A DNA stretch of 64,000 nt from Octopus sinensis (Eukaryota), in contig NC_042997.1 of NCBI RefSeq assembly GCF_006345805.1, forward strand, positions 169,198,001 to 169,262,000, in the 5' to 3' direction. A model generated the notes under the pieces. That model saw only the letters and a list, made by a program, of their open reading frames with translations, did no database searches and was not told the DNA's origin. Each line of letters starts with the position of its first letter. Positions within the stretch are counted from its first letter, which is position 1. Below, one piece after another: positions 1-12,195 of the stretch. Position numbers and translations under genes: made by a program.

Positions 1-333
1 GAGATATTTGGAAACTCACTGTGCAGTAAAGTTGTGTTAAACTGGGCAAAAATGCTACAGAAACTTATGAAATGCTCTAGACTGTATATGGATTAACTTT
101 TTTACTGGTACAAGAGATTCAAGGATGGTAGAGAAGAGGTGAGAGACAATGAGAGGTGTGGAGGGAGAGGGACGTCAGAACATAAGAGCTGGTCGAAAAA
201 ATTTGCAATTTTCTAGATGAAGTGTGTTGTGTGGCTATAAAGACAATAAGCATACAGTTTGGAGTTAGTGTGGCAATTGTAAAAGAAAATTATTCATGAA
301 GGTCTGAACGTATGCAAAATGTGTGCAAAGTTT
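1..333 (+). mobile_element. Degenerate mariner transposase, 5' part (HTH region)
   Basis: Conceptual translation LGKNATETYEML..WYKRFKDGREEVRDNER.., frameshifted. Confidence 0.8.
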
Positions 334-336
334 ATA

Positions 337-1490
337 GGCGCAGGAGTGGCTGTGTGGTAAGTAGCTTGCTTACCAACCACATAGTTCCAGGTTCAGTCCC
401 ACTGCATGGCACCTTGGGCAAATGTCTTCTACTATAGCCTTGGGCCGACCAAAGCCTTGTGAGTGGATTTGGTAGACGGAAACTGAAAGAAGCCCGTCGT
501 ATATATATATAGCCATGCTACATGGTAGTGAAACATGGGCTGTGACTGCTGAGGATATGCGTAAGCTCGCAAGAAATGAAGCCAGTATGCTCCGATTGAT
601 GTGTAATGTCAGTGTTCATAATCAACAGAGTGTAAGTACCTTGAGAGAAAAGTTGAACCTAAGAAGCATCAGTTGTGGTGTGCAAGAGAGACGTCTGCGC
701 TGGTATGGGCATGTGACGAGAATGGGTGAAGATAGTTGTGTGCAAAAGTGCCAATCCCTAGCAGTTGAGGGAACCTGTGGAAGAGGTAGACCCAGGAAAA
801 CCTGGGACGAGGTAGTGAAGCACGACCTTCGAACTTTAGGTCTCACCAAGGAAATGACTAGAGACCGAGACCTATGGAAGTATGCTGTGCGTGAGAAGAC
901 CCGGCAAGACCAGTGAGAGCAGTCAAAATCAAACCAAATCAACATCAGTGGAAATTGCAGCTGTGGTTAAGCGAACCATCTGATCGTTTGTCCGTTGCCA
1001 GCCTCGCCTGGCCCCCGTGCCGTTGGCACGTAAAAGCACCATTCGTTTGTGTCCGTTGCCAGCTTCGACTGGCCCCCGTGCCATTGGCATGTAAAAGCAC
1101 CATCCGCTCGTGTCCGTTGCCAGCCTCGCCTGGCCCCCGTGCCGGTAGCACATAAAAGCACCATCCGTTCATGGCCGTTTGCCAGCTTTGTCTGGCACCT
1201 GTGCAGGTGGCATGTAAAAAGCACCCACTACACTCACGGAGTGGTTGGCGTTAGGAAGGGCATCCAGCCGTAGAAACACTGCCAAATCTGACTGGGCCTG
1301 ACGAAGCCTCCCGGCTTCACAGACCCCAGTTAAACCGTCCAACCCATGCTAGCATGGAAAACGGACGCTAAATGATGATGATGATATATATGGCCTGGTG
1401 CAGCCTTCGGGCTCCCCAGACCCCAGTTGAACCGTCCAACCCATGCTAGCATGGAAAGCGGATATTAAATGATGATGATGATGATGATGA

Positions 1491-1527
<37 letters not shown>

Positions 1528-1764
1528 TATGTGTGTGCGTGTGTGTATTTTTGCGTGTCTTTGTTTGTCCCCACAACATCGCTTGACAACTGATGCTGGT
1601 GTGTTTACATCCCCGTTACTTAGCAGTTCGGCAAGAGATATTAATAGAATAAGTACAAGGTTTACAAAGAATAAGTCCTGGGGGCGATTTGCTTGACTAA
1701 AGGCAGTGCTCCAGCATGGCCACAGTCAAATGACTGAAACAAAAAAAAAAAAAAAGAAAAAAAA
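337..1764 (+). mobile_element. tRNA-derived SINE (family A, internal (TA)n tract), split by an RTE insertion at 511..1489
   Basis: A-box-like tggctgtgtggt and B-box-like ggttcagtccc; 3' half resumes after 1490; many copies in the window. Confidence 0.85.
511..1489 (+). mobile_element. 5'-truncated RTE LINE: ORF end, minisatellite 3'UTR and (GAT)n tail, plus a second short tail at 1391..1489
   Basis: ORF 515..916 LHGSETW..RRLRWYGHVTRM..GRGRPRKTW, typical of the RTE C-terminus. Confidence 0.92.
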
Positions 1765-2121
1765 GTGAGCTCAGTAATTAGCATCCTGATAATCAACTAC
1801 CAGACAGAAATAAGCATAAAAACTGTCCTTCACCCTCCCTACAGTTCAGATTTTGCTATCTGTGAATTTTTATTGTTCCCCAGGCTGAAGAAGAGCTTCA
1901 GTGGGGCAGTCATTTTGAAGAGGAATGAAGTTGTTAAAGGGTCTCAGACATCTTCACTTTGGAAGATTTCTATGGGACTTCATTAAGTGGTTGGAGCAAT
2001 TCAACAAGTGCATTGAAGTCAGAGGCCCTATTTTGAAGGAGATTAGAGTTTTGTACTTGTTTGAAGCTAATAAATGTCTCTATTGAAAAAAAGTCTGAAA
2101 ACTTCTGGAATGCATCTTGTA
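1765..2121 (+). mobile_element. Degenerate mariner transposase, 3' part and right end
   Basis: HPPYSSDFAICEFLLFPRLKK matches mariner HPPYSPDLAPxDF; ..KCIEVRGPYFEGD; ends cttgTA. Confidence 0.8.
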
Positions 2122-2254
2122 TGTTTACTCTTTTGATATAGATTTTAAAAACAAAATTCCTTCACAAGAAGAGTAGATGTGAATTTGCACACATTTTGTT
2201 TATTTGATTGAAAACTTAACTAATTTTAATATTACAGTATTGACTAGACCATCA

Positions 2255-2590
2255 GATACCATTATACACTGCTGGCCACAATGTGCTTCCAGTTCTGTCA
2301 TGATTGCGCCATCCTTTTCCATCTTGGCCCAAATTGCTTGACTAAATTGTCTTCCCATTGTTCTGGAGGCCTTCCAAGTGGCCTTTTCCATACCCAGAAA
2401 CTGCATAGGTCCACCTGTTGTTTGTGAGCCTTGTGACATATCTGGCCCAGCAGAAATTGTGCTTTTGGTACTCAGTAATCACATCAGTCACTCTGCTCCA
2501 TTCATTTCAAAAGCACTCTCTTAATGATATTCTCAGCATAGATTTTTCCATGGCCCTTTGTATCATAGCCAATCAATGTTCCATCCTCTT
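2255..2590 (-). mobile_element. Old RTE-1-like LINE 3' fragment of a different subfamily
   Basis: Decayed translation IQRAMEKSMLRISLRE..WARYVTRLTNNRWT..GKRPLGRPPEQWED. Confidence 0.7.
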
Positions 2591-3013
2591 CATAGTCAAA
2601 TAACTTAGTAGTGGGTTTTACAAATAAACACATAGAAAAAATATTTACATATATATAATCTAAAACAAATCTCCCAAAAATACAAATTCAACAGGTTTTT
2701 TTTTTTAATCACAACAAAATTGATATTCCATTGTATATATAAAAAGTTTCATTAACATATTTTCATTTTGTAGTTTTTAAATTAATTGCCAATCAATGTT
2801 CCATCCTCTTCATAGTCAAATAACTTAGTAGTGGGTTTTACAAATAAACACATAGAAAAAATATTTTACATATATATAATCTAAAACAAATTCCAAAATA
2901 CAATAATTCAACAGTGTTTTTTTTTTAATCACAACAAAATTGATATTCTCATTGTTATATATAAAAAGTTTATTAACATATTTTCATTTTGTAGTTTTTA
3001 AATTAATTGCCAA
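2568..3013. repeat. Tandem duplication of a 220-bp unit
   Basis: gccaatcaatgttccatcc... starts at 2568 and again at 2788. Confidence 0.95.
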
Positions 3014-3291
3014 ATTCAACCATTATAACAGGTAGAATTTCATACATATTTGTAATCTTTTCAATTGTATATGTTTTTGTAGTAGAAGTTCCTTCTTAAC
3101 AAACAAAATTAATGTTTGGAAGAAAGATAGTGTTGGTGAAGACAAAATAAAACATAGATTAGTGCTGATATCTTTCAAAGTTGAACCACACTGAGAAAGT
3201 TGATAAAAGTGTTTGCTTCTCAGCTGAAAAATCACAACATCATGTCCTGTCACTGATATTAGCCTGGGTAAGATGATATAACCTCACTCAC

Positions 3292-3335
<44 letters not shown>

Positions 3336-3629
3336 ACTTAACAGCAGAAAGTACATTTAAGTGGTGTAGCACTGAAATCCCAGGAAAATATAGAATGATT
3401 TCATAATCCATAATGATGAGATCAAATATTCTCAGCAAATATTCTCAGCAAATGGAAAGTTCTAATCACTGGCATGGCATTTGTAACTTGAGAAAGATAT
3501 TAAAAAAAATAATTTAATCCTGTTCTCCACATAGCTGGAAGCTGAGCAGGTAAGAAAAGAACTGGAGTAATGAATTAACTGAAGACTGGTAAATAGTGAG
3601 TGAATGTTTCCACATGAAAATATCTCAAT

Positions 3630-3848
3630 ATTTATTTCTTTATTGCCCACAGGGGGCTAAACATAGAGGGGACAAACAATGACTGACAAAGGTATTAATT
3701 CGATTACATTGACTCCAGTATGTAACTGGTACTTATTTAATCGACCTCGAAAGGATGAAAGGCAAAGTCGACCTCAGAACATAACGGCAGACGAAATACT
3801 ACTAAGCATTTCGCCTGGCGTGCTAACGTTTCTGCTAGCTCGCTGCCT
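3630..3848 (-). mobile_element. tRNA-derived SINE (family D); other copies at about 14528..14745(+), 24585..24785(+), 28530..28760(-), 46905..47110(-)
   Basis: Shared head ggcggcgagctggcagaaacgttagcac and body gcctttcatcctttcggggtcgataaa. Confidence 0.8.
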
Positions 3849-5512
3849 TGAAAATAACTCAATATTACAAACTTTCAATTTACAATTACACTGTGGGGAA
3901 AAAAATCAATTTAACCATTTAAGAATATACAAAAACTGTTATAGTTTTGTTCTTAAATGGCTAATATGTCTATTCCACGAAGTAATTGTTTTAGTTTCTA
4001 CTCAGCTCCAGTTCTTTGACAAACAAAATGAGCACTAAATTCAGACATCAGATCTGGTATGGTAGCAATAAATATTTCCCATGTCTTCTTTGAAGAAAAC
4101 ATTATTTAGTTTTGACATAAAGATTGGTACTACATGAAATGTATTGCATTTAGTGTTGGGTTCCTACTGTTTGCGTTTTTTGTTCTGTAAGAGAAAAAGA
4201 ATATTTATGTACAAATCAAATTATAAAAAATTTTGAATGTCAATACAATAAAGAAAAAAAGTAGAAAACAAAAATTTAAGTTTCAAATTCACGACCATCA
4301 ACTCTAACATCAATATGTTGTTATACATACTGTCATGTCATTCACCATGTCTCAAGCAAATATTCTATTTCCCAGTGATGTCTTTTTTATCTGAAGTTAG
4401 ACACTGAGGGGTGACTGATTTAAAAAAAATTTATTTTACTTTTGTGTTGTGATATGTAGAAGACATTGCAAGTGAGAAGTGTCACTTTCTTAACCAAACA
4501 ATATTTGTATAACATATAAGCTTATATTTATGAATGCAAACAGCTATGTGTATGCTAAAAGAAAAAGAAAATTAAAATAAAAACCTAAAGCATAATAATA
4601 TGTTTTGTTTAAAATCATAAGCAAGATGTCAGTCACTTTGAAACACCGAATGACCAAATTGAGTATGCTACTGCCGTATGCACATAACTTTGGAATTGTT
4701 AAAGTAATATAAGTTAAGGCATCAGTACCCCCAGCTCCCATTTCTTTTATGTGATGTTGTCAGTAAAACTAATATACCATTGAGAAATATTTTGAATAAT
4801 CTATAAGAAAAAATTAAATGAAAAAAGGGAACAGAAAAAATTAAGCACAAAATTCAGACATTTTATATTTGTCTCTACTTAATTCATTTGTGTGAAATGA
4901 ATAAATTTACTGAATATAGTAGAGCCTCTGTTAGTCAATGTTGGTCATACATCTATACATGTATGTGTTGTAGACTTAGACAATAGTTTTTGAAGAAGAC
5001 CAGCTGTAAGTCTTCTCTCTCCATGTCACTGATTTTTATTTACCCAAGGGAAAGGCTACCAACTTGGGACCAATACAGTTTGGTATCAGTGATCAGTGCA
5101 TTACAGGTATGACTGACCCTTTAACAGCTCCACCAGTTTACTGTCCTGGATTGAGACATGTTATCAATGCTAAAATGATGTAAAGCAAAGTTGACCATGG
5201 CAGGACTTGAACTCAGAACATCAAGTCCAAACAAATACTGCGAGGCATTCAAACCAAGTCTCTGCCATTATGCCATTTAGGCAACAGAAATCACCAATCC
5301 TATAAAATCAATAAGAGAATCATCATTGAATGAAGCTGGTTTTTTAAAAAATTTTTACACCTACCTTTTGAAATGCAAACATTCCAAGAGCAAAACATGC
5401 AATATTAGTTCCATGAAAGACAAGCCTATATGCTTTATTCTAGAGATTTTAGAGCTGAGAGTCAAAAGATTGTACTTGCTAGCTTCTTTGTTACAGGAGG
5501 AGAGTGTTTTAA

Positions 5513-5936
5513 CCCTTTCATTACTGTATTTATTTTGAGATGTTCTGTGTTCCTTTCAATTACTTTAAATTGCCAGTGGCACGTAAAAGCACCCACTACA
5601 CTCTTGGAGTGGTTGGCGTTAGGAAGGGCATCCAGCTGTAGAAACTCTGCCAGATCAGATTGGAGTCTGATGAAGCCATCTGGTTCGCCAGACCTCAGCC
5701 AAATCGTCCAGCCCATGCTAGCATGGAAAGCGGATGTTAAACGATGATAATGATGATGATGATGATGATGATGATAACAAAGAATTTAGTAAAGTAACCT
5801 AGTTATCATTAAGCTAGTGTTAGAAACATAAATTGTGACTAAGGTGTGGTGGAAGATTTTAATTCAAAACTTATGAAAACAAGACATTTGTACTACAGAG
5901 CCAGAGCCGATTTCAGCCAGGTTGGTAATGAAAGGG
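5513..5936. mobile_element. piggyBac-type MITE with TTAA TSD, interrupted by an RTE tail at about 5570..5776
   Basis: TTAA|CCCTTTCA...TGAAAGGG|TTAA; related copy at 63021..63241. Confidence 0.8.
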
Positions 5937-7319
5937 TTAAACATATAGGTTAATATTTATTCACTGAGCCTGTCCTTGAATTGGTTTGATGGCTTTGACT
6001 GACAATCTCCTTCTGTAACTAATTCCAGTTTGTTGTGGTTATTTCTGAGAAGGTTTACAACCTTATTAACTACTGTTGTGCCTTTTTAAATAATTACATG
6101 AATGAACTCATTTATGACAGGCAGTAATACAAAATATTGTTGTTTTATGGTTCAGTTTATATATATTATATCTCCCCTCTTTTATCAGTGGAATATCAAA
6201 GGGTTAATCAAATACCTTGAGCCTAGTCTCATATAGCAGGCCTGTTAAAGTTGGACATTGTTTGCAAGAATATTTTCTTCATGACATTTGATCTCATATT
6301 AATATTATAATTAAATTACAGTCCCAATATAATCTTGAGTATTAAAAGTGTCTTGCTGTTGGTTATCATAAAATCTACTTTTATTGTTCCATAATAGTTA
6401 TTTTTATAGTACATTTTGTGTAACTGAAGGTCACAGCAACATTTTAATTTGACATATCACGACCAGAGCTATTCTTATATGCAAGATAAGTACAATTACC
6501 AACATCTAAAGCTCGAAGACAAGTTGGAAATTAAAAATAGTTATAATATACAATATATAAATTTTATGACTCAAAAATTTTGTAATGTTGGATTCTGAAT
6601 AAGAAACAGAAAGTACTTGTTGATTAGCTTTTTTTTTTAATAATATATATTGTGTGTGAGCTAAAATTTCAAAAGCTGAAAGGTTTAATAAAGTTAGCTA
6701 ACTGCATATCATATTTCTACACGCATAACCGTTGTTAGTTATAATTGACATCTCTCACTCGCTACTTTTTCTCCATATTCTATTCTGGAATTCTGATAAA
6801 ATGAAATAATAAATAAAATTCTCCTGCATTATTATCAAGAGGTTTTTGTATAAAGCGTTCTGGTTTTGGTTGAAAGGATATAACAGAATCTATTAGTGTT
6901 TTACAATAAAAAGCAGTTTAACAACCAAACTAAGAAAATTACATGATACAAGAATTCTTTTCACTGTTTTCCATTAATTTTTATTCACTCACATAGATAG
7001 GAAAGTTTGATTATTTATATAGTGGTGCACTAATGGTTTAAATAGCTGGATGTTCTTATCATTAAGAACCCAGAACTGAACTTGTTTGCTGGTCAACAAA
7101 CCTGAGAAAAATTGACATGTGAACTTTGCCCAGGAACTGAATATAATAGTTGTAATATAAGCACTTTTGTTTACTGATCAAAGTAAGTCTGAGACTATAC
7201 TATACTAATGAGATCTAATAAAACTGAAACACACCAATAGTTGTCACCCAACTGACATTCAAAGAACATATTTTTTTTACTAAAAATGAAAATTCAATTT
7301 TGCAGGGGAAACTGATTCA

Positions 7320-7397
7320 TTATTTTCTCGAAATTATCTCCACTTCTCTTTCAGATGTGCTAGTAATTACCACTAGGTTTTTGTTTTCTTTCTTCAA
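7320..7397 (-). CDS. CDK10: Putative CDK10 terminal exon 16 (LKKENKNLVVITSTSEREVEIISRK*), giving a 397-aa isoform
   Basis: tttactttttAG acceptor, phase 0, open for 25 codons to TAA; inferred from splice signals only. Confidence 0.4.
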   Translation of the reverse strand: MKKENKNLVVITSTSEREVEIISRK

Positions 7398-7560
7398 CTA
7401 AAAAGTAAATTTTAATTTGTTAAGAATTTTTTTTGCATACGTCATTCAAGTACATCACTGCCTAGCTAAATATGAACTCATGACTATGCGATCAGTACTC
7501 TAGCACCCCTCACTCCACAGTCACAGTCCATACTTTATATAGTTTTAAAAATGTACTTAC

Positions 7561-7615
7561 AATAATTTTTGAACTAGATACTTTAAAATCTGAAAAAGAA
7601 GATTCCGCTTTCCTC
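7561..7615 (-). CDS. CDK10: Putative CDK10 extra exon 15 (K-RKAESSFSDFKVSSSKII)
   Basis: ttttttacattttAG acceptor, GTAAGT donor, 55 bp, in frame with the phase-2 donor at 8856; no homology support available. Confidence 0.55.
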
Positions 7616-8852
7616 CTAAAATGTAAAAAACAAAAACAATATATATATATATATATATATGGACTGCATCCATACAGGGGCATTCCCAGTATGGATGCAG
7701 TCCATTGATTGAAACAGGTAAAAGATAAAAGAAAATGATAAATGGAAACTGTATGAAAGTTTGCTGTGTGCGTGTGTGCGTGAGAGAGAGAGAGAGACTT
7801 CACACCAGCACCATTTTATGACTTTGTTTATGTCTCCCACGAACAAAATGCCTGGTGGTACTTCAGTGAACTTGAAAAACTGTTAAAACTGTTAAAAGTT
7901 GATGCCAAGAAGAGCATCTGGCTATAGAATACTGTCTTAAGACCTTTTGTTCAACCTATCCAAAAGGAAAAAGATGTATGTACCATATTTTCTCACATGC
8001 AAGTCAAATTTTTTAGATCAAAATTTACAGCAAAGAAATACAGGTTGACTTAGACCCCAAGATGACTTTGGGGGAACCAAAAATTCCGTGTGAAATGAAG
8101 TAGAATTTGGAAAGATAGTGATGATGTTTGAATGTTTACATTACATATGACATCAACTTGTAAGCAAGAAAACGCAGTAAAAAGAAAACATTACAAATTT
8201 TATAATTACCCTGTTTTAATAATTTTTAAAAAATACATGTGCAGGAATGGCTGTGTGGTTAAGAAGCTTACTTTGCAGCCATTTGGTTTTGGGTTCAGTC
8301 CCTTTGTATGACACCTTGGGCAAGTGTTTTTTATTGCACCCTAAATTTTTCCCCAAGGCAAACCACAGTAGATATGGCTTTTGTATTGGTTGGATATGTC
8401 CCAAATATATTTGAAATGATTAAAAAATTTGTTTATTTCACAACAGTGCTTTGCATGCCAACCATGTATTTTGTCATGGCCTAGCAGCCACAGCACACAA
8501 TTTGAAGATGATTTATACTGATTTCTTAGAAGGAAGCAAAAGTTCCAGTCATTTCAGAGTTGTCCCTCTTGGTATCAAACACTGACGAGAGCATAAAGAG
8601 ATCAAAATGTGTATGCTACTTCATAGGAAGCTCTCTAAAATAACTTTAGTGCTTTACATTTATTTGTCTAAAGTAAGAACTTTTCTCCAAACTTTTCTCC
8701 AAACTGGCTGTTTTACAAGTCAAAAATGTCTCAAACATATTTGAACTGCCTGAAAAATGTGTTTATTTAAAAATTACTTTTATTTTAATCTACTGAATAT
8801 TAGAGACAGAAATATAACCAGCAAAAAAAATTCTATAAAAGTTGTCGATATC

Positions 8853-8935
8853 TTACTTCTCTTCAATTTTTCTAGGTGCAGCTCTTCTCTTCAGACGGTG
8901 CTGTGGAAATGATGGCATCATGCCTGGATCACACG
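8853..8935 (-). CDS. CDK10: CDK10 coding exon 14 (P-CDPGMMPSFPQHRLKRRAAPRKIEEK*); stop if unspliced, giving a 354-aa protein; alternative donor after 8857
   Basis: ttccAG acceptor; PCDP..MPSFPQHR motif; the TAA stop lies inside a GTAAGA donor consensus. Confidence 0.92.
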
Positions 8936-9039
8936 CTGGAAGTATAATATTATGGAACAGTGCTTAATGATTTAAAAGAATATAAAAAATAGCAGAATAT
9001 AGTTTAAAATTTAATAATGATAATAATAATAATAATGAT

Positions 9040-9490
9040 GGGCTCAATACCACAGATTTGCTTGTCAGTTGTTTGACCTTAATCAGTTGAGCATGTCCCT
9101 TAGTGGCTGACGATATGTGCATCTCTGATCACAAGCAGAAGTAGTGGGGGAGCATCATAGCCATGTGTTGAGAGGGATTCTTTGGGGTTTGAATAATTCA
9201 CCTCTGGAAACATGGGTGTTTCATTCAACATCCTTAAACAACTCTTATTCAGGGACCTTTTGAGTGAGATGGGTTACTCGACCAGAAGAAAATTCTAACT
9301 GGGTCCGACCTACAAGATCATGCACTGTTTATCTTGATATGAGATCACAATGTCGTGCACATATAGTTGTGATGCATGTGCCTGGTGTACCCTTATCAGA
9401 TGGGTAGTCATGATGGGTATATTGGGCTTCGTATATTTTACCCCAGAGTCACTTTGATGGCATGCACTGCTCTCTCACTCAATAATAATA
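9040..9490 (+). mobile_element. Unclassified SINE-like interspersed repeat (family C) with (AAT)n ends
   Basis: GC-richer 450-bp block flanked by aataat runs; only one copy seen here, so the family status is inferred. Confidence 0.45.
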
Positions 9491-9989
9491 TTCATCATCG
9501 TCGTTTTTAAGGTTTACTTTTCCCACCATAATCAATCAACCATAATACTATTTTAGATATTTGCAGCCCTTAGTCAAAGATGACTGTGAGTAATGTAGGG
9601 AAGCAGACATCCAGAAGATCTGGCTATATGGAAACTGAACTGGAGGAGGTCACTGGGAGGGATTGAAACTGAAGGTTATAAAGAAGGCATTCATTTATGT
9701 CAGCCTACATTATATATGAGATATTAGAAGTGAAGATAGTAAGTTGGTAGCTAGCAGAGTCAGAAAGATTATATTTTGCAAGAGTATGAGATACATTGAT
9801 TTAAATAGGATAGGTGAGTTATTAATTATTAATACACGATTTGTGGAGACAAAACTGTAATACTTTCAATACTCAACACTAAACAAACAGCAATCACATA
9901 ATACTTTTAGTACAAAATGAATGATAATTTATTTATTTATTTATTTATTTGGGCTTTGACTACAGAGAACATGTGACAGCTTTTAAGAA

Positions 9990-10812
9990 ATGAACATAGC
10001 ATGCTTTGCTAGACGGTTAATGTCAGTGTGCATGTATGACAAACTGTAAATGATTTAAAAGAAAAATTGGGTATAACAGGCAACAGATGTAGTGTGCAAG
10101 AGAGAAAATTGTGCTGGTTTGATCATGTGAGGCATATGGATGAGTACAGCCACATAAAGAAGTACCAAGCCCTAATTATGGGGGAACCAGTGGAAGACCT
10201 AGGAAGATGTGAGACAAAGTGGTGAGAAAGGGTCTTCAGATGTTGAGCCTCCCTGAGGAGATGGCAAGGGACCAAGACTTCTGGCAAATTGTTGTGCTTG
10301 AGAAAACATGTCGAGCTAAGTAAAATCATGTCCATCTATAAAGACAGGCATGTTCTTTACAGTTATGTCTCCCACTCTCTCTCTCTGCCAAGAAGTCCTG
10401 GTCTTGCGTGCTTGTGGGTGCTGGTGCCACATAGAAAACACCTGTTTCAGTGCCATGTAAAAAGCACTCATACCAGTGTCACATAAAAAATACCCGTGCT
10501 GGTTCCACATAAAAATCACCCATGCTGGTGCCATGTAGAAAACACCCATGCCAGTGCCACATATAAAGTACCTGTACCGGTGCTACATGGAAAACACCTG
10601 TGCTAGTGCCACATAATAGCACTGGTGCTTGTGCTACATAAAAAGCACCCAGTACATTCTGTAAAATGGTTGGCATTGGGAAGGGCATCCAGCTAGAGAA
10701 ACTATGCCAAAACAGACAATTAGGGCCTGGTGCAGCTCTCTGGCGGGCCAGCTCCTGTCAAACTATCCAATCCATGCCGGCATGGAAAACAAACATTAAA
10801 TGATGATGATGG
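9990..10812 (+). mobile_element. Decayed RTE 3' end with short-unit repeated 3'UTR and (GAT)n tail
   Basis: Degenerate WFDHVRHM..GRPRK.W translation; ttggcattgggaagggcatccagc and gatgatgat tail. Confidence 0.8.
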
Positions 10813-10996
10813 TATCATTAATGTCAAGTTTTTGTTTCTGAACTTCAGTCAGTTGTAGTCTTTTATAATTATTGGATGAGATAATGTAGCACTAGTAAAG
10901 CAAAAGTTGCTTTACTATAATTATTTCAGTACCTCAATGTCTGGGTTTCATATCTTACAAAGATTTACTGTTTTTCATTTCCCCTGAAATGTTGTA

Positions 10997-11331
10997 CAGG
11001 TACTGAACCTCTTATCTGGCAACCTTGGGTCCAGAGGTGGTCCGGATTCCTGGATTTTCCAGATTTCTGGACAAAGGCTAAATATATAATAAATATAAAA
11101 TAAACAACGAAAAGTAAAGAACAAAATTGTATAACATATACAAATTAATACATTTCTAAAGCAGGGTCTGCTTGACCTTTATTAAGCCACTTAAAATTCT
11201 TAAAACCAAATCAAAGCAGTCATGCAGTGAACTGCTACAGCCTGTAAAATTCAAAGCTAGCCAGTTTCAAAAATAGCCAGATTTCTGGTAATACCGGATT
11301 TCTGGATTCTGGATAAGAGGTTTGGTACCTG
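10997..11331. mobile_element. Tc1/mariner-pogo-type MITE with TA TSD
   Basis: TA|caggtactgaacctcttatc ... gataagaggtttggtacctg|TA; subterminal cc(a/g)gatttctgg repeats. Confidence 0.8.
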
Positions 11332-11648
11332 TAACATAATTGCCGATAATATACAAGAAAAATAATCAAATTTTCTAAACTATTTCCTTTTTTTTGTGTA
11401 TTTAAAGAAATCAATTATGAATCTATTGAATTAATTCAAAGTACATAGTAATGTTATGTGAAATTAATAATCTCAGTTCAGTTTTTACCAAACCCCAAAT
11501 GATCAGGAATGGTGTGCACTCTCCAAGATATTGTAGAACAGAAAAAGAAAAATTCTACAAGCACTTTATCAGAGTTTTTACACTGATCCCCGCCCAAAAT
11601 GGAATTTATTACTGAATATTAATTGACATATTTTAGTAATATACATAC

Positions 11649-11701
11649 GGTATGGCTGTTCTTTGAAGTAAGAACTTTCAAGGCAATCTTCAGCAGTGGC
11701 C
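11649..11701 (-). CDS. CDK10: CDK10 coding exon 13 (R-ATAEDCLESSYFKEQPY-P)
   Basis: 53 bp, AG/GT, phase-consistent. Confidence 0.95.
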
Positions 11702-11784
11702 CTAGAAATAAAAATTTTGCCAAGAGATAGAAATTTGAAATTGATATTAATAATGATTATCATTCAATTGAAGATAGTTTACTC

Positions 11785-12195
11785 TTATACTCTTTACTCT
11801 TTTACTTGTTTCAGTCATTTGACTGTGACCATGCTGGAGCACCACCTTTAGTCAAGCAAATCGACCCCAGGACTTATTCTTTGTAAGCCTAGTACTTATT
11901 CTATCGGTCTCTTTTGCCGAACCGCTAAGTAACAGGGACGTAAACACACCAGCATCAGTTGTCAAGCGATGTTGGGGCGACAAACACAGACACACAAATA
12001 CACACACACACACACACACAGATATACATATATACAACGGGCTTCTTTCAGTTTCCATCTACCAAATCCACTCACAAGGCTTTGGTCAGCCCGAGGCTAT
12101 AGTAGAAGACCACTTGCCCAAGGTGCCACACAGTGAGACTGAACCTGGAACCATGTGGTTGGTAAGCGAGCTACTTACCACACAGCCACTCCTAC
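11785..12195 (-). mobile_element. Full-length family A SINE; further copies at about 16540..16740, 17895..18060, 23588..24050, 37878..38275, 47880..48200 (-) and 29315..29680, 63568..64000 (+)
   Basis: Alignable by eye to 337..1764. Confidence 0.88.

Noticed and set aside
337-420. tRNA-like sequences here and in other SINE heads
   Set aside because: They have A/B boxes but no complete cloverleaf and continue into repeat bodies, so they are SINEs, not tRNA genes.
929-1273. Stacked ORFs over the ~58-bp tandem units (also at 15300..15795, 22976..23400, 24887..25546, 33401..33928), and the idea of a CRISPR-like array
   Set aside because: The units are contiguous with no unique spacers and lie in an RTE 3'UTR of a eukaryote; the ORFs are by-products of GC-rich repeats.
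4544-4741. 65-aa minus-strand ORF in unique sequence
   Set aside because: No recognisable homology and no convincing in-phase splice link to CDK10.
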